This document shows, piece after piece, positions 48,692 to 60,629 of a stretch of DNA of 64,000 bases. The stretch comes from Carcharhinus amblyrhynchos. Taxonomy: Eukaryota. The notes below the pieces were generated by a model. The model saw only the letters and a program-made list of their open reading frames with translations. It was not told the DNA's origin and did not search any database. A program made the translations under genes and the position numbers. The stretch spans positions 35,464,001 through 35,528,000 of the forward strand of contig OZ336888.1 of the NCBI GenBank assembly GCA_965287045.1, read 5' to 3'. Position 1 is the first letter of the stretch; the number at the start of each line of letters is the position of its first letter.

Positions 48692-49497
48692 TGTTATAAA
48701 TATGAAACGTTATATGACAGTTATGTTTATAACTGTCTTCTTTAAATTTAAGGTAAAATGGAATGTCCTGTTATAGGGGATGGTAACCATACCGAAATCT
48801 GCCAATAGACATGTCTATGTGATTTGGTTGCCATGGAGGTAGAGAACAGGTCGAAACTCTTCAAGTGCTAATTTTCACACCTTGATACGAAATAAGGACA
48901 GCTGGTCCAGCTGAACACAAACTCACAGTCTCTGTCAGACTGAGAACCTTGAAGAGAGAAACTGAAAATGGCTGTTGTTCTGTCAGGCAAGGGAAATGGC
49001 TGCTTTGGGTTAACAACCAAGCAGAATAATGGTGGGAATGGATTCTCTGTTTAAAGAGATGGGATCTGTCTAGATTTGAAGATATAGGCATGGCCAAAGG
49101 ATGCTTTGCTGCTGGAAGTCATTTAGCAGGATTGAGTAAAGGGGTTTTTAATGGATATTGAAAGACTCTTCCCAGCACAGCAGGGAGGAGACAGTATGTT
49201 AAATCACCAGGACAAATTTGGGACTTTATCAGAAGACTACAGATCTACTGGGAGCGTGACATAAAGTATAAACTAGGTTGTTTTCAGCTGTGCTAATTGG
49301 TTAATGAGGAAGGGGCAGTACCTTTTCTGTAGATCAGTCTATTAGTTGCCTACTAAGTAATATTCATTTGTTGTTGCTTTTAGTTTGTTTCTTATAATAA
49401 AAGTCTTAAAAAGTGAAATCTTGTACCATTCTTTGCACTGGGCACTAGGAAATTCATACCTCCTTTTATAAGATACTGATCGCTACAGGCATTCATT
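48692..49497 (+). mobile_element. Solo-LTR-like insertion in the satellite
   Basis: Starts TGTTATA directly after the satellite sequence GGGACAGT; AATAAA at 49396-49401; 3' end decayed. Confidence 0.6.
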
Positions 49498-50096
49498 TTG
49501 GATTGGACTCTTCTGAATCTATGTATCTGCTCTGGGAGTGTTTGGTGGGACAGTGTAAAGGGAGCTTTACTCTGAATCCAACCCATACTGTATCTACTCT
49601 GGGAGTGTTTGATTGGACAATTGAAGGAACTTTACTCTGTATCTAACCCCATGCTGTACCTATCCTGAGAGTGTTCGATAGGACAGCCTAGAAAGAACTT
49701 TATACATATCTATATATCTCTAACCTTTTGCATATCTGTTCTGGAAGTGTTTGATGGGACAGTATTGAGGGAAGTTTACTCTGTATCTAACCCTGTGCTG
49801 TACCTGTCCTGGGAATGTTTGATGGGACAGTATTGAGGGAAGTTTACTCTGTATCTAACCCTGTGCTGTACCTGTCCTGGGAATGTTTGATGGGACAGTA
49901 TTGAGGGAAGTTTACTCTGTATCTAACCCTGTGCTGTACCTGTCCTGGGAATGTTTGATGGGACAATATTAAGTGAACTTTACTCTGTGTCTAACCTGTG
50001 CTGTAGTTGTCCTGGAAACATTTGATGGGACATTATTGAGAGAACTTTACTCTGTATCTAACCCTCTGCTGTACCTGTCCTGGGAATGTTTGATGG

Positions 50097-51856
50097 TCAT
50101 GATGTGAAGATGCTGGCATTGGACTGGGGTGAACACAATAGGGAGTTTCACAATACCAGGTTATAGTCCAACAGGTTTATTTGGTAGCAAAAGCTGCTAG
50201 CTTTCAGGCCTTTGACCCTTTGTCAGGTGAGTGGAGAGTTCTGGTCATAAACAGGGGATGTAAAGTTTACAGAATACTGATTAGAATGTGAGTTTTTACA
50301 GCTAATCAAGTCTTAAAGGTGCAGACAATGTGAGCAGAGAGAGCATCAGGGACAAGTTAAAGAGATGTGTATTGTCCGCAGGCAGGTCAGTTAGTGAGAT
50401 TTTGCAAGCCCACGAAAGTCATGGGGGTTACAGATAGTGTGGCATGAACACAAGATCCGATTGAGGCCGTCCTCATGTGTGCGGAACTTGGCTATCAGTT
50501 TCTGCTCAGTGACTGCGCTGTCATGTGTTGTGAAGGCCACCTTGGAGAATGCTTACCCGAAGGTCAGAGGCTGAATGCCCGTGACCGCTGAAGTGTTCGC
50601 CAACAGGAAGGGAACAGTCTTGCCTGATGATTGGCGAGTGGTGTTCATTCATCCGTTGTCATAGCATCTACATGGTCTCCCCAATGTACCATGCTTCGGG
50701 ACATCCTTTCCTGCAGTGTATCAGGTAGACAACGGTGGCTAAGTTACAATAGTATGTACTGTGTACCTGGTGGATGGCGTTCTCAAATGAGATGACGGCA
50801 TCTGTGTCGATGATCCGGCATGTCTTGCAGAGGTTGCTGTGGCAGGGTTGTGTGGTGTAGTGGTCACTGTTCTCCTGAAGGCCGGGTAGTTTGCTGCGGA
50901 CATTGGTCTGTTTGAGGTCGTGCGGTTGTTTGAAGGCAAGAAGTGGGGGTATGGGGAGGCCTTAACGAGATGTTTGTCTTCATCAATGACATGTTGAAGA
51001 CTCCAGAGAAGATGCCATAGCTTCTCCGCTCTGGGGAAGTACTGGACAACGAAGGGTACTCTGTCCACTGTGTCCCGTGTTTGTCTTCTGAGGAGGTCGG
51101 TGTGATTTTTGGCTGTGGTGCATTGGAACTGTCGATTGATGAGTCGAGCGCCGTATCCTGTTCTTATGAGGGCATCTTTCAGCGTCAGGTGGTGTCTTTT
51201 GCGAATCTCCTCATCTGAGCAGATCCTGTGTCTACGGAGGCCTTGTCTGTAGGGGATGGCTTGTGTTTAGGGCGGAAGCTGGAGAAGTGGAGCATCGTGA
51301 GGTTATTGGTGGGCTTGCAGTACAGTGAGGTGCTAAGGTGACCATCCTTAATGGAGATGCATGTGTCCAAGAATGCAACCGATTGCAACTTCAGCGGTCA
51401 CGGGCATTCGGCCTCTGATCTTCGGGTAAGCGTTCTCCAAGGTGGCCTTCACACGACACAAAACAGCGCAGAGTCGCTGAGCAGAAACTGATAGCCAAGT
51501 TCCGCACATATGAGGATGGCCTCAACCGGGATTTTGGGTTCATGTCACACTATTTGTAACCCCCGTGACCTGCCTGGGGCTTGCAAAATCTCACTTACTG
51601 TTCTGTCTGGAGACAATACACATCTCTTTAACTTGTGCCTGATGCTCTCTCCACTCACGTTGTCTTTAAGTCTTGATTAGCTGTAAAAACTCACATTCTA
51701 ATCAGTATTCTGTAATCTGAGTGTATGTCTTTACATCCCATGTTTGTAATCAAAACTCTCCACTCACCAGATGAAGAATCAGAGGCCCGAAAGCTAGTGG
51801 CTTTTGCTACCAAATAAACCTGTTGGACTTTAACCTGGTGTTGTGAGACTTCTTAC
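50097..51856 (-). mobile_element. Penelope-like retroelement (RT C-terminus + GIY-YIG endonuclease) with an inverted pLTR
   Basis: Minus: VAFLDTCISIKDGHLSTSLYCKPT, DRVPFVVQYFP. Plus-strand inverted copy at ~51390-51856: FSGHGHSASDLRVSVLQGG...EQKLIAKFRT.EDGLNRD. AATGTTTGATGG is duplicated at 50085-50096 / 51857-51868. Confidence 0.95.
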
Positions 51857-52994
51857 AATGTTTGATGGGACAGTATTGAAGGAACTTTACTCTGTATCTA
51901 ACCCTGTGCTGTACCTGTCCTGGGAATGTTTGATGGGACAGTATTGAGGGAACTTTACTCTGTATCTAACCCTGTGCTGTACCTGTCCTGGGAATGTTTG
52001 ATGGGACAGTATTGAGGGAACTTTACTCTGTATCTAACCCTGTGCTGTACCTGTCCTGGGAATGTTTGATGGGACAGTATTGAGGGAACTTTACTCTGTA
52101 TCTAACCCTGTGCTGTACCTGTCCTGGGAATGTTGGATGGGACAGTATTGAGGGAACTTTACTCTGTATCTAACCCTGTGCTGTACCTGTCCTGGGAATG
52201 TTTGATGGGACAGTATTGAGGGAACTTTACTCTGTATCTAACCCTGTGCTGTACCTGTCCTGGGAATGTTGGATGGGACAGTATTGAGGGAACTTTACTC
52301 TGTATCTAACCCTATGCTACTACTTCACTGAAAATGTTTAATGAGCAGATGAGGACCAGGAAATAGACTCATTTTACACTACTGACTACCCTTCATCTCC
52401 ATAAGCACAAACCTCCTTCATTAAAAGAAATTGAAATACTTAAATTAAATATCATAACATATCTGTGCCACGGATCACAGTGAATTACAGAGGTGCCTCC
52501 TTAATTCGAAACTTGACTTAGCCCATTCATTTCTTCCCCACAGCAGGTATCTGGGGTAATTTAGGAAACCATTAATCTAGCCTTTGTGCAGCCTTGGCTG
52601 CAGCTTTAACCAGTGTAGAGGATGGGTGTAATTCTCTGGGTAGAGACACAGTCATTCATCAGGTGCAGATCTTTCTCTAATTTCCTTTCCAATACGGTTT
52701 ACTTGCGAATTAATGTGTTGCCCTTCGCACTTGCCATTGCAGCATGGTTGAGTCGGGGTAATATTTTATTCAGACATCAGGTAATCAGTTAGGAATTATT
52801 TTCCTTTGCTGCTATACTCCTGAATTTGTTTTGAAGTAATGGTTTGTGAGTCTGCTGCTCAATTTTCATCCAGTGTTGAGACAGGAGGCCATTTGATCGA
52901 TCCTCACCAACTTTCCATTAGAATTCTACAACACCCACCACAGCATCTAAAAGCTTCCTGAATGAATTCTGTGATTCGACTCTGGAGATTTTGA

Positions 52995-54093
52995 GGGCGA
53001 TTCTCCCATCCCACTGAGCTAATTATTTAGTGCAGTGGGCCGTGAGAATCACGTGTCAGCCCATTCACGGGATTTGTGCGTGTGTACCTGCCACACGCCC
53101 ATCTCCCAGCACCAGCTATCCAGCTGCTTTGTACTGGTGCCAACGGGAACACCCACTGTTTAATCTGTTTTTAATGGAATTTAAATGTGATTAGTGGGCC
53201 CGGGACTGAATTCTCCAGGCCTGTTAACCTCTCCCACCCCTCCAGAAATATTTCACTTCAGCGGCATTCAGACTAGCTCCCCACTTTCAAAGAACAAGTG
53301 GGATGGCCCCGGTGGACTGAAGGGGGGCAACTGGGGCTCACCAGTGGGTTGGGCAGCATGGTGGTGGTGCCTCCTGGGCATGGGCACCCTCAGTGCCAGC
53401 CTGTGGCCCTGGCACTGCCCAATGGGCAAAGTGTCCATGCCCAGGGGGCATCTTGGCACAGCCTATCAGGCATGGGGCAAGGTCAAGGGGCAGGGGTTAT
53501 TGGGGCTTGGGCATAGGGGGTGAACCCTGCTGGGGACAGGGCCCAGGGGGTGATCAGCCAGGGTGGGGGGGGGTTTCCTTCTGCCACTCTACCATTGTGA
53601 TCAATGGTGGCTGAGGGAGGCGGTCAGTTAGGGATCTGCCTCCTGGGGGGGTGGGGGTTCTGCCGAGAGTAGGGGGTCCTCCAGAAGTCGGGGGGAGGGT
53701 CGTCACTGCTGGAAGGTGGGGGGGCTGGAGATCGGGCATTCCAGGATGGGGGAGGGGCGTTCGGGGCTGGCCCACGAATCGAATCAGGGCCATAATCAGG
53801 CCATGGGGGGAGGGGGGAGGGTATTGGGGTCCTGGGCTGACCAGCAATTGAGTTGGCCAGCAAACCAGAGGCTGACAGTTCAGGCCCACTGCGCAATGCG
53901 CAAAGACGCGCTGGTTTCAGCCTCCCAGGCGGAATTAGGCCCCATCCCCTGAAATCTAATAATTATCACACTGAGGGCCTCTCCAGTGCACAGAATGTGG
54001 GAAATTCTAGTCCGAATTCACACTGAAGAAACCAGCATGATTTACTCCAGTTTTCCTGCGAGTTTGACACTTAGAATTTTTTTGGGAGAATCC
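52995..54093. mobile_element. Non-autonomous Harbinger-like DNA transposon (~1.1 kb)
   Basis: Termini GGGCGATTCTCCC ... GGGAGAATCC; GC/G-rich interior. Confidence 0.7.
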
Positions 54094-54209
54094 TTTGTCT
54101 TTACTTTGGATGGATATATTACAGGGCCAGGCTACTTCTGAACATAAAGAGTGTGGAATTGATAAAGGTCATGCTGTAGACCCTGTCATTTCCTTCACTT
54201 CAACTCTTA

Positions 54210-55110
54210 GAAGCGTAGAAACTAGAAGCAGGAGTAGGCCATTCGGCCCTTTGAGTCTGCTCCACCATTTATTTTGATCATGGCTGATCATCAAATTCCT
54301 GATCCCACCTTCCCCCCATATCCCTTTAGCCCCAAGAGCTGTATCTAATTTCTTCTTGAAATCAGACAACCTTTTGGCCTCAACTATTTTCTGTGATAGT
54401 GAATTCCACACATTCACCATCCCCTGGGTGAAAAATTCTCCTCATCACAGTTCTAAAAGGTTTACCCCTTATACTGAAACTATGACCCCTACCTTCCCCA
54501 CTATTTTGAACATTCTTTCTGAATCTACCCTGTCTACCCTGATAGAATTTTATAAGTTTCAATGACATTCCCTCTCACTCTTCTAAACCCCAGTGAATAT
54601 AGAACAACGAACAAATAGAAGTACAGTACAGGACAGGCCCTTCAGCCCTCCAAGCCTGTGCTGATTATGGTGCCTGCCTAAACTAAAACCATATGCACTT
54701 ATGGAGTCCATATCCTTCCATTCCCATCCTATTCATATATTTAACTAGTTGTCCCTTACATACCGCTATTGTACCTGCTCCCACCAACTCCCTGGGCAGT
54801 GCGTTCCAGACATTCATCACCCTCTCTGTAAAAAACTTGCCTCACACATCTCCTCTAAACTTTTCCCCACCCACCTTAAACCTATGTTCCCTAGTACGTG
54901 ACTTTTCTACCTGGGAAAGAGCATCTGACTATCCATTCTGTCCATGCCACTCATAACCTTGTATATAATCCTAACTGACTGAGTCTCTCCTCATATGACA
55001 GACCTGCCATCCCAGGAATCAATCAGGTAAAGCTTCGCTGCACTCCTTCTATAGCAAGGACATCCTTCCTCAGATAAGGACAACAAAACTGCAGGCAATA
55101 TTCCAGATGT
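54210..55110 (-). mobile_element. CR1 3' fragment with a second CR1 3' end nested at ~54602-54962
   Basis: VNVWNSLSQKIVEAK on the minus strand; two CR1-type tails. Confidence 0.85.
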
Positions 55111-55769
55111 GCGTGGTTACCATGTTGCTACCCCCCTCACTCACAAGCAGGATATTATGATTCCCTCCCCTCCCCCACCCCATCTTTCAAATCATGGTCC
55201 TGTGTTTCTATGGCAGGGATAATGTGCACCCAGTATTGGTAACCCTATTCTTCAACTATGAATGGAGATTGAGATTTTCAGACGCAAAATAAGATGCTAA
55301 TTGTGACAAAAATGGTGTAAATATATAGCAGTGCAGGAGAAGTGCACAAAAATTGGTTTATAAGAATGATACCAGAACTGAAAGGTTACAGTTATCCGGC
55401 AAGAATGATCAGGCCAGGGATTTTTCCCCTTGAATGGTGGCCTATCAGATTATGAAGGCGTTTGGTAGAGGTAATGTAGAGAAGATGTTCCTACTTGTGG
55501 GGAATCTGTAACCAGGGAAGATCAATATAAAATATTCATTAACAAATCTAATAAGAAATTCAGGAGAAAGATTTTTACTCAGTGAGCAGTTAGAATGCCA
55601 CAGGGAATATTCAGGCAATTAGCATAAAATGCATTTAAAGCTTTTCAGCTGGAGGCGGCGGGGGTGAGGCCAGCACCTTGATGTAAAATTCAGATGCACG
55701 TCTGCAAATGACAGCAGTACAGAATGATTCAGGGGAGGAGGCCAAAGGATGATCCTGGGATCCCTGCGG

Positions 55770-56062
55770 AGGGTGGCACCATGGCACAGTGGTTAGCATT
55801 TCTGCTTCACAGTGCCAGGGGCTTTGGATTCGATTCCCAGCTTGGGTCACTATGCAGAGTCTGCACGTTCTCCCTGTGTCTGCGTGGGTTTCCTTCCACA
55901 CTCCAAAGATGTGCAGGTGAGATGCATTGGCCATGCTTGATTGCCCCTCAGTGTCAGGGAAATTGGCAGGGTAGATTCATTGGGTTGCGGGGACAGGGCC
56001 TGGATGAGATTGTTGTTGGTGTAGGCTGAATGGCCTCTTTCTGCACTGTAGAGATTCTATGG
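55770..56062 (+). mobile_element. HE1-like V-SINE
   Basis: GGGTGGCACCATGGCACAGTGGTTAGC head, V-domain, ...CACTGTAGAGATTCTAT tail. Confidence 0.9.
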
Positions 56063-56754
56063 CTCTGTGGTGATAGTTTAGGGATAGGATGGCAGGTTAT
56101 TGCTGCCAGTCTGGCGACAACAGGGGAGCTCAGACTGGAACTGAATGTGTGGAGTCCCCCAGAACTGGATAATGGAGAAGGACACAAACAACTGACACTG
56201 GCAGGTCAAGAGAGATGAGAATGGAAGGGCTGCAGGCAATGGAATTAAACACTTTTCCACTAATGTTACTCCAGTAGTCTCACCTCTAAATTTTGTTTGC
56301 TTTCTATCCTGGAGAATGCATGGAAGCCCGACAGTGCGGTTGGAGGCCATTTACTCCATCGAGTCAACACCTACCCTCTGAAAGAGCATTGAAAAGTTGG
56401 GATTCCTGTTTCCATCAGTTTAAATTTATGATCAGAACTTTACGCCTGGTAGTCCCCCTCACCAGATTGCTCATTTATGTCCTGAGGGGGACGGGGGAGT
56501 TTCACAAGGCGGGGTGGTTTCCATGGGGGGGGGGGGGGGGGGTAGTTCCGCTATCATGGAGATTAGGTGGGTGAGGTGGGGTGGGGGGTGGTTCCATTGT
56601 TGGGGGGGAATCAATTTTATCCCTTACTTTAGACTGCTCTCTAAAAACAGTGCCCTGATCATTTGAAAAGCTGTTGTTAGGGCAGTGTGAGACCCTGGGA
56701 CCTGCCCCTTTCTCTTTGTTTGGCAATGGGCTGAAAATACAGTGGGTAAAACTG

Positions 56755-57818
56755 GCAGCGCAGTCAGGGAGGGGGGGGTTTACCCCCACAGCGCAGTCGG
56801 GGAGGGGGGGGTTTACCCCCACAGCGCAGTCGGGGAGGGGGGGGTTTACCCCCACAGCGCAGTCGGGGAGGGGGGGGTTTACCCCCACAGCGCAGTCGGG
56901 GAGGGGGGGGTTTACCCCCACAGCGCAGTCGGGGAGGGGGGGGTTTACCCCGGCAGCGCAGTCGGGGGGGGGGGGTTTAACCCCGCAGCGCAGTCGGGGA
57001 GGGGGATGGGGGGTTTACCCCCGGCAGCGCAGTCGGGGGGGGGATGGGGGGTTTACCCCCGGCAGCGCAGTCGGGGAGGGGGGGGGGGGGGTTTACCCCG
57101 GCAGCGCAGTCGGGGAGGGGGTGGGGGGGGTTTACCCCGGCAGCGCAGTCGGGGGGGGGGGTTTACCCTGGCAGCGCAGTCGGGGGGGGGGGTTTACCCC
57201 GGCAGCGCAGTCGGGGGGGGGGGTTTACCCCGGCAGCGCAGTCGGGGGGGGGGGGGTTTACCCCGGCAGCGCAGTCGGGGAGGGGGGGGGGGGTTTACCC
57301 CGGCAGCGCAGTCGGGGAGGGGGGGGGGGGTTTACCCCGGCAGCGCAGTCGGGGGGGGGGGGTTTACCCCGGCAGCGCAGTCGGGGGGGGGGGGGTTTAC
57401 CCCGGCAGCGCAGTCGGGAGGGGGGTTTACCCCGGCAGCACAGTCGGGGGGGGGGGGGGGTTTACCCCGGCAGCGCAGTCGGGGAGGGGGGGGAGGGTTA
57501 CCCCCGCAGCGCAGTCGGGGGGGGGGGGGGGGAGGGTTACCCCCACAGCGCAGTCGGGGAGGGGGTGGGGGGGGTTTACCCCCACAGCGCAGTCGGGAGG
57601 GGGTGGGGGGGGGTTTACCCCGGCAGCGCAGTCGGGGAGGGGGGGGGTTTACCCTGGCAGCGCAGTCGGGGAGGGGGTGGGGGGGTTTACCCTGGCAGCG
57701 CAGTCGGGGAGGGGGGGGGGTTTACCCTGGCAGCGCAGTCGGGGAGGGGGGGGGGTTTACCCTGGCAGCGCAGTCGGGGAGGGGGTGGGGGGGTTTACCC
57801 TGGCAGCGCAGTCGGGGG
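56755..57818. repeat. G-rich, CpG-rich minisatellite, ~30-38-bp unit (CAGCGCAGTCGGGGAGGGGGGGGTTTACCCC..), about 30 copies, within a short Harbinger-like element (56728-57877)
   Basis: Tandem array. The host ends GGGCTGAAAAT...AAAATTGCACCC with AAT/AGT flanks and appears to split a Deu-type SINE. Confidence 0.95.
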
Positions 57819-57877
57819 TCTATCTGCCATTCCCCGCCCGAGATGACACCTTGCCAAAAACTGGCAAAATTGCACCC

Positions 57878-58205
57878 AGTGAATTGGTTTTTGAAGTGGA
57901 TTCACTGCTGTAATGTAACAGACAATTCTCGCACATCAGTCTCCCACAAAGAGATAAGTTATAATTAATGATGTTGATTGAGGGATAAATATTAGCAGGG
58001 ACAACAATGCCACCTTGATCATTGATATCTACCTGAAAAACAGAAGAAGGTTCTGTTTTCATCCAAAAGGCGGCATCTCTGACAGTGTGGCACTCCTTAG
58101 ACTACATGAAAGTCAAAGTCTAGGTTAAATGCTCAAATCTGAACTTGAATTCATAGCCTACGTACTCAGAAGCAAGAGTGATAGTGAGTGAGACATGGCT
58201 CACAC
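57878..58205 (-). mobile_element. Deu-type SINE remnant
   Basis: Homologous to 13130-13522. Confidence 0.65.
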
Positions 58206-58269
58206 AATGCATTAAGCCCAGGATCTCTCTGTCTGGATCTGTTAACACCACAGCGGATGATGGATTTCT

Positions 58270-58735
58270 CCTCCTTACCTAAGAAAGGGAATATTTGCCT
58301 TGGAGGGAGTGCAGCAGAGGCTCACCAGACTGATTCCTGATGACACGGGAGGCTGCATGCTGGAGGTGATTTCCTCTGGCTGGGGTAGGGACTGGGGGCG
58401 GCGGGGGGTGGTGGTTGGGGGAGGGGGCAGTCCAGAAGAAGGAGCCAGAGTCTCAGGATACAGAACAGGCCATTTAGGACTGAGATGAGATGAAATTTCT
58501 TCACCTGGAGGGTGGCGAATCTGTGGAATTCTCGAACACAGAAGACTGTGGAAGCCAAGTCTCAAAACATTTTTAAGAAATAGATAGATTTCAAGACACT
58601 AAAGGTATCAATAAAGGCATCAAGGAGTAGGGAAGAGACTGTGAGTATGACATCGAGATAGAAGGTCAGCACTGATCAGATTGAATGGTGGAGCAGGCTT
58701 GCTGGGCCTACTCCTGCTCCCATTTTCTATGCTTC
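58270..58735 (+). mobile_element. Decayed CR1 3' fragment
   Basis: EGVQQRLTRLIP...RVANLWNS, followed by a CR1 tail. Confidence 0.8.
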
Positions 58736-59469
58736 TGTCTGCACTTCCCGCTGCCTTGGCAAAGCAGTCAGCATAATCAAGGACCCCATGAACCCCAGGC
58801 ATTCTCTCTTCCACCTTCTACCATCAGGAAAAAGATACCAAAGTCTGAGATCACCAACCTTATAATAAGTTGATCTTTCTTGACACCCTGGTTATGACTA
58901 ACACTACTTCTCAATACCAAGTATTGAGTTGTAATACTCTCAGTGTCCATCATCTACAACTTACTGCTACCACGGTATAAAGCCACAGAGGGCTACACAA
59001 ACAGTTGAGTTCGATTTTGCAGCTAAACATATCCCCTCACAGTAAGGATCAGTGATGGGGGGAAATGAGACACAGTGGATTGTAATACACTCCTTGAAAC
59101 TGTCAGGAGGTGCCATTTTAGGGTGGAATCTAACAAATCCTCGATACAATAGTTGCCAGGTTGGGTAAGGATGAAGTTTAGCTGATGAACTTGGTTGAGT
59201 GCTAAGATCACCAAGCCTCCTTGAATGATCTGGGGCTCTCAAAAAAATTAAAATTATTTGCTTGCTGGACGCAAAAGAAAAATCATTGGGGTATTAAAAA
59301 AAAAGACGTTTATTGTTTCCTTTTTTCTGAGCACTCTGTTTATTAGTTATAAAAATGTTGAAGATGTGAAAACACTGTTTGGCTGATATCCAAGTATCAT
59401 CTAAATGGGTAATGGAGAGGAATTCACTGTCCATTGGGAATAGGAAGGTGATGCTTTGTGGATGGATAT

Positions 59470-59690
59470 TGTAATGATGCACTTTCAGAGGCTTCATTAG
59501 TGAACAAAAAAAGAGATTTATTTACAGTGATTTTCAGGAGCACAGCATGTTTGCAGCTAGCTGTAAAAATACCTCTGCCGAGGAAAACTCCTCCCCCCAG
59601 GTCATTCCCCACATTAAATCCTGATTGGTCACCCAGATCAGGTGACCCTTACTCTACTCTGTTGCCCTCAGGAGATAGAACCATCTTCCT
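59470..59690 (-). mobile_element. Short LTR-like interspersed repeat
   Basis: Homologous to 23370-23565. Confidence 0.6.
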
Positions 59691-60034
59691 GCAACTTCCA
59701 GGAAGATGCCCAACCAGTGCTGGCAGGCCTGGGGAGCTTGCCAAGCCAGTGCGCTGGGAGGTCACCAGCCCTGAGTGAGGAGGAATTCTCTCAGAAACCA
59801 GTGTGCTTGAAAATGGAGCTCTTCATCACACAGCCTCCAATCGCCCCACCACATCCCCATCCCCCAAACCCATTATTTCACACCACTGGTTATCTGACAA
59901 GTCCATCATCATTTTGTACTGCCTTCACAAGCTTATAGGAAAGCAAACAGACTCACTGTTACGACTGGATGTTTCTTGACTATTAGAAGAAACAGTTTTG
60001 GTTCCCATTTCCAATAATATTAAAGTCCATGTAT

Positions 60035-60628
60035 ATCAAAGAACAAAGAGAATAAAGAAAATTGCAGCACAGGATCAGGCCTTTCGGCCCTCCAAACCTG
60101 CACCGACCATGCTGCCCGACTTAACTAAAACCCCCTACCCTTCCGGGGACCATATCCCTCTCTTCCCATCTATTTGTATACTTGTCAAGATGCCCCTTAA
60201 AAGTCACTAACATATCTGCTTCTACTACCTCCACCGGTAACGAGTTCCAGACACCCACTGCTCTCTGTATAAAAGATCTGCCTCATACATCTCCTTTAAA
60301 CTTTGACCCTCACATCTTAAACCTGTGCCCCCTAGTAATTGACTCTTTCACCCTGGGAAAAAGGCTTCTGACTATCCACTCTGTCCATGCCTGTCATAAT
60401 CTTATAGACTTCTATTAGGTCGCCCCTCAACCTCCATCATTCCAGTAAGAACAAATCAAGTTTCTCCAACCCCTCCTCATAGCTAATGCCCTTCATAACA
60501 GGCAATACCCTAGTAAATCTTTTCTGTACCCTCTGCAAAGCCTCCACATCCTTCTGGTAGTGTAGCGAACAGAATTGAACATTATATTCCAAGTGCAGCC
60601 TAACTAAGGTTCTTATAAAGCTGCAATA
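60035..60628 (-). mobile_element. CR1 3' fragment
   Basis: LVRLHLEYNVQFCSLHYQKDVEALQRVQKRFTR; (TTCTTTG)-like tail at ~60040. Confidence 0.9.
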
Positions 60629-60629
60629 T

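Larger units (their letters stand above)
46995..52320. repeat. 68-69-bp satellite (TGTTTGATGGGACAGT.T.GAGGGA.CTTTACTCTGTATCTAACCCTGTGCTGTACCTGTCCTGGGA), interrupted by a SINE, an LTR and a Penelope element
   Basis: Tandem units at 46995-48215, 48535-48690, 49520-50096 and 51857-52320; stray reverse units at ~61300-61400. Confidence 0.97.

Noticed and set aside
46995-52320. Regularly spaced repeat considered as a CRISPR array or a repetitive CDS
   Set aside because: Head-to-tail 68-bp monomers with no spacers and no maintained reading frame
56674-57968. ORFs of 289-408 aa (Gly/Arg/Pro-rich)
   Set aside because: All three plus frames are open because the minisatellite unit lacks stop codons; not a gene
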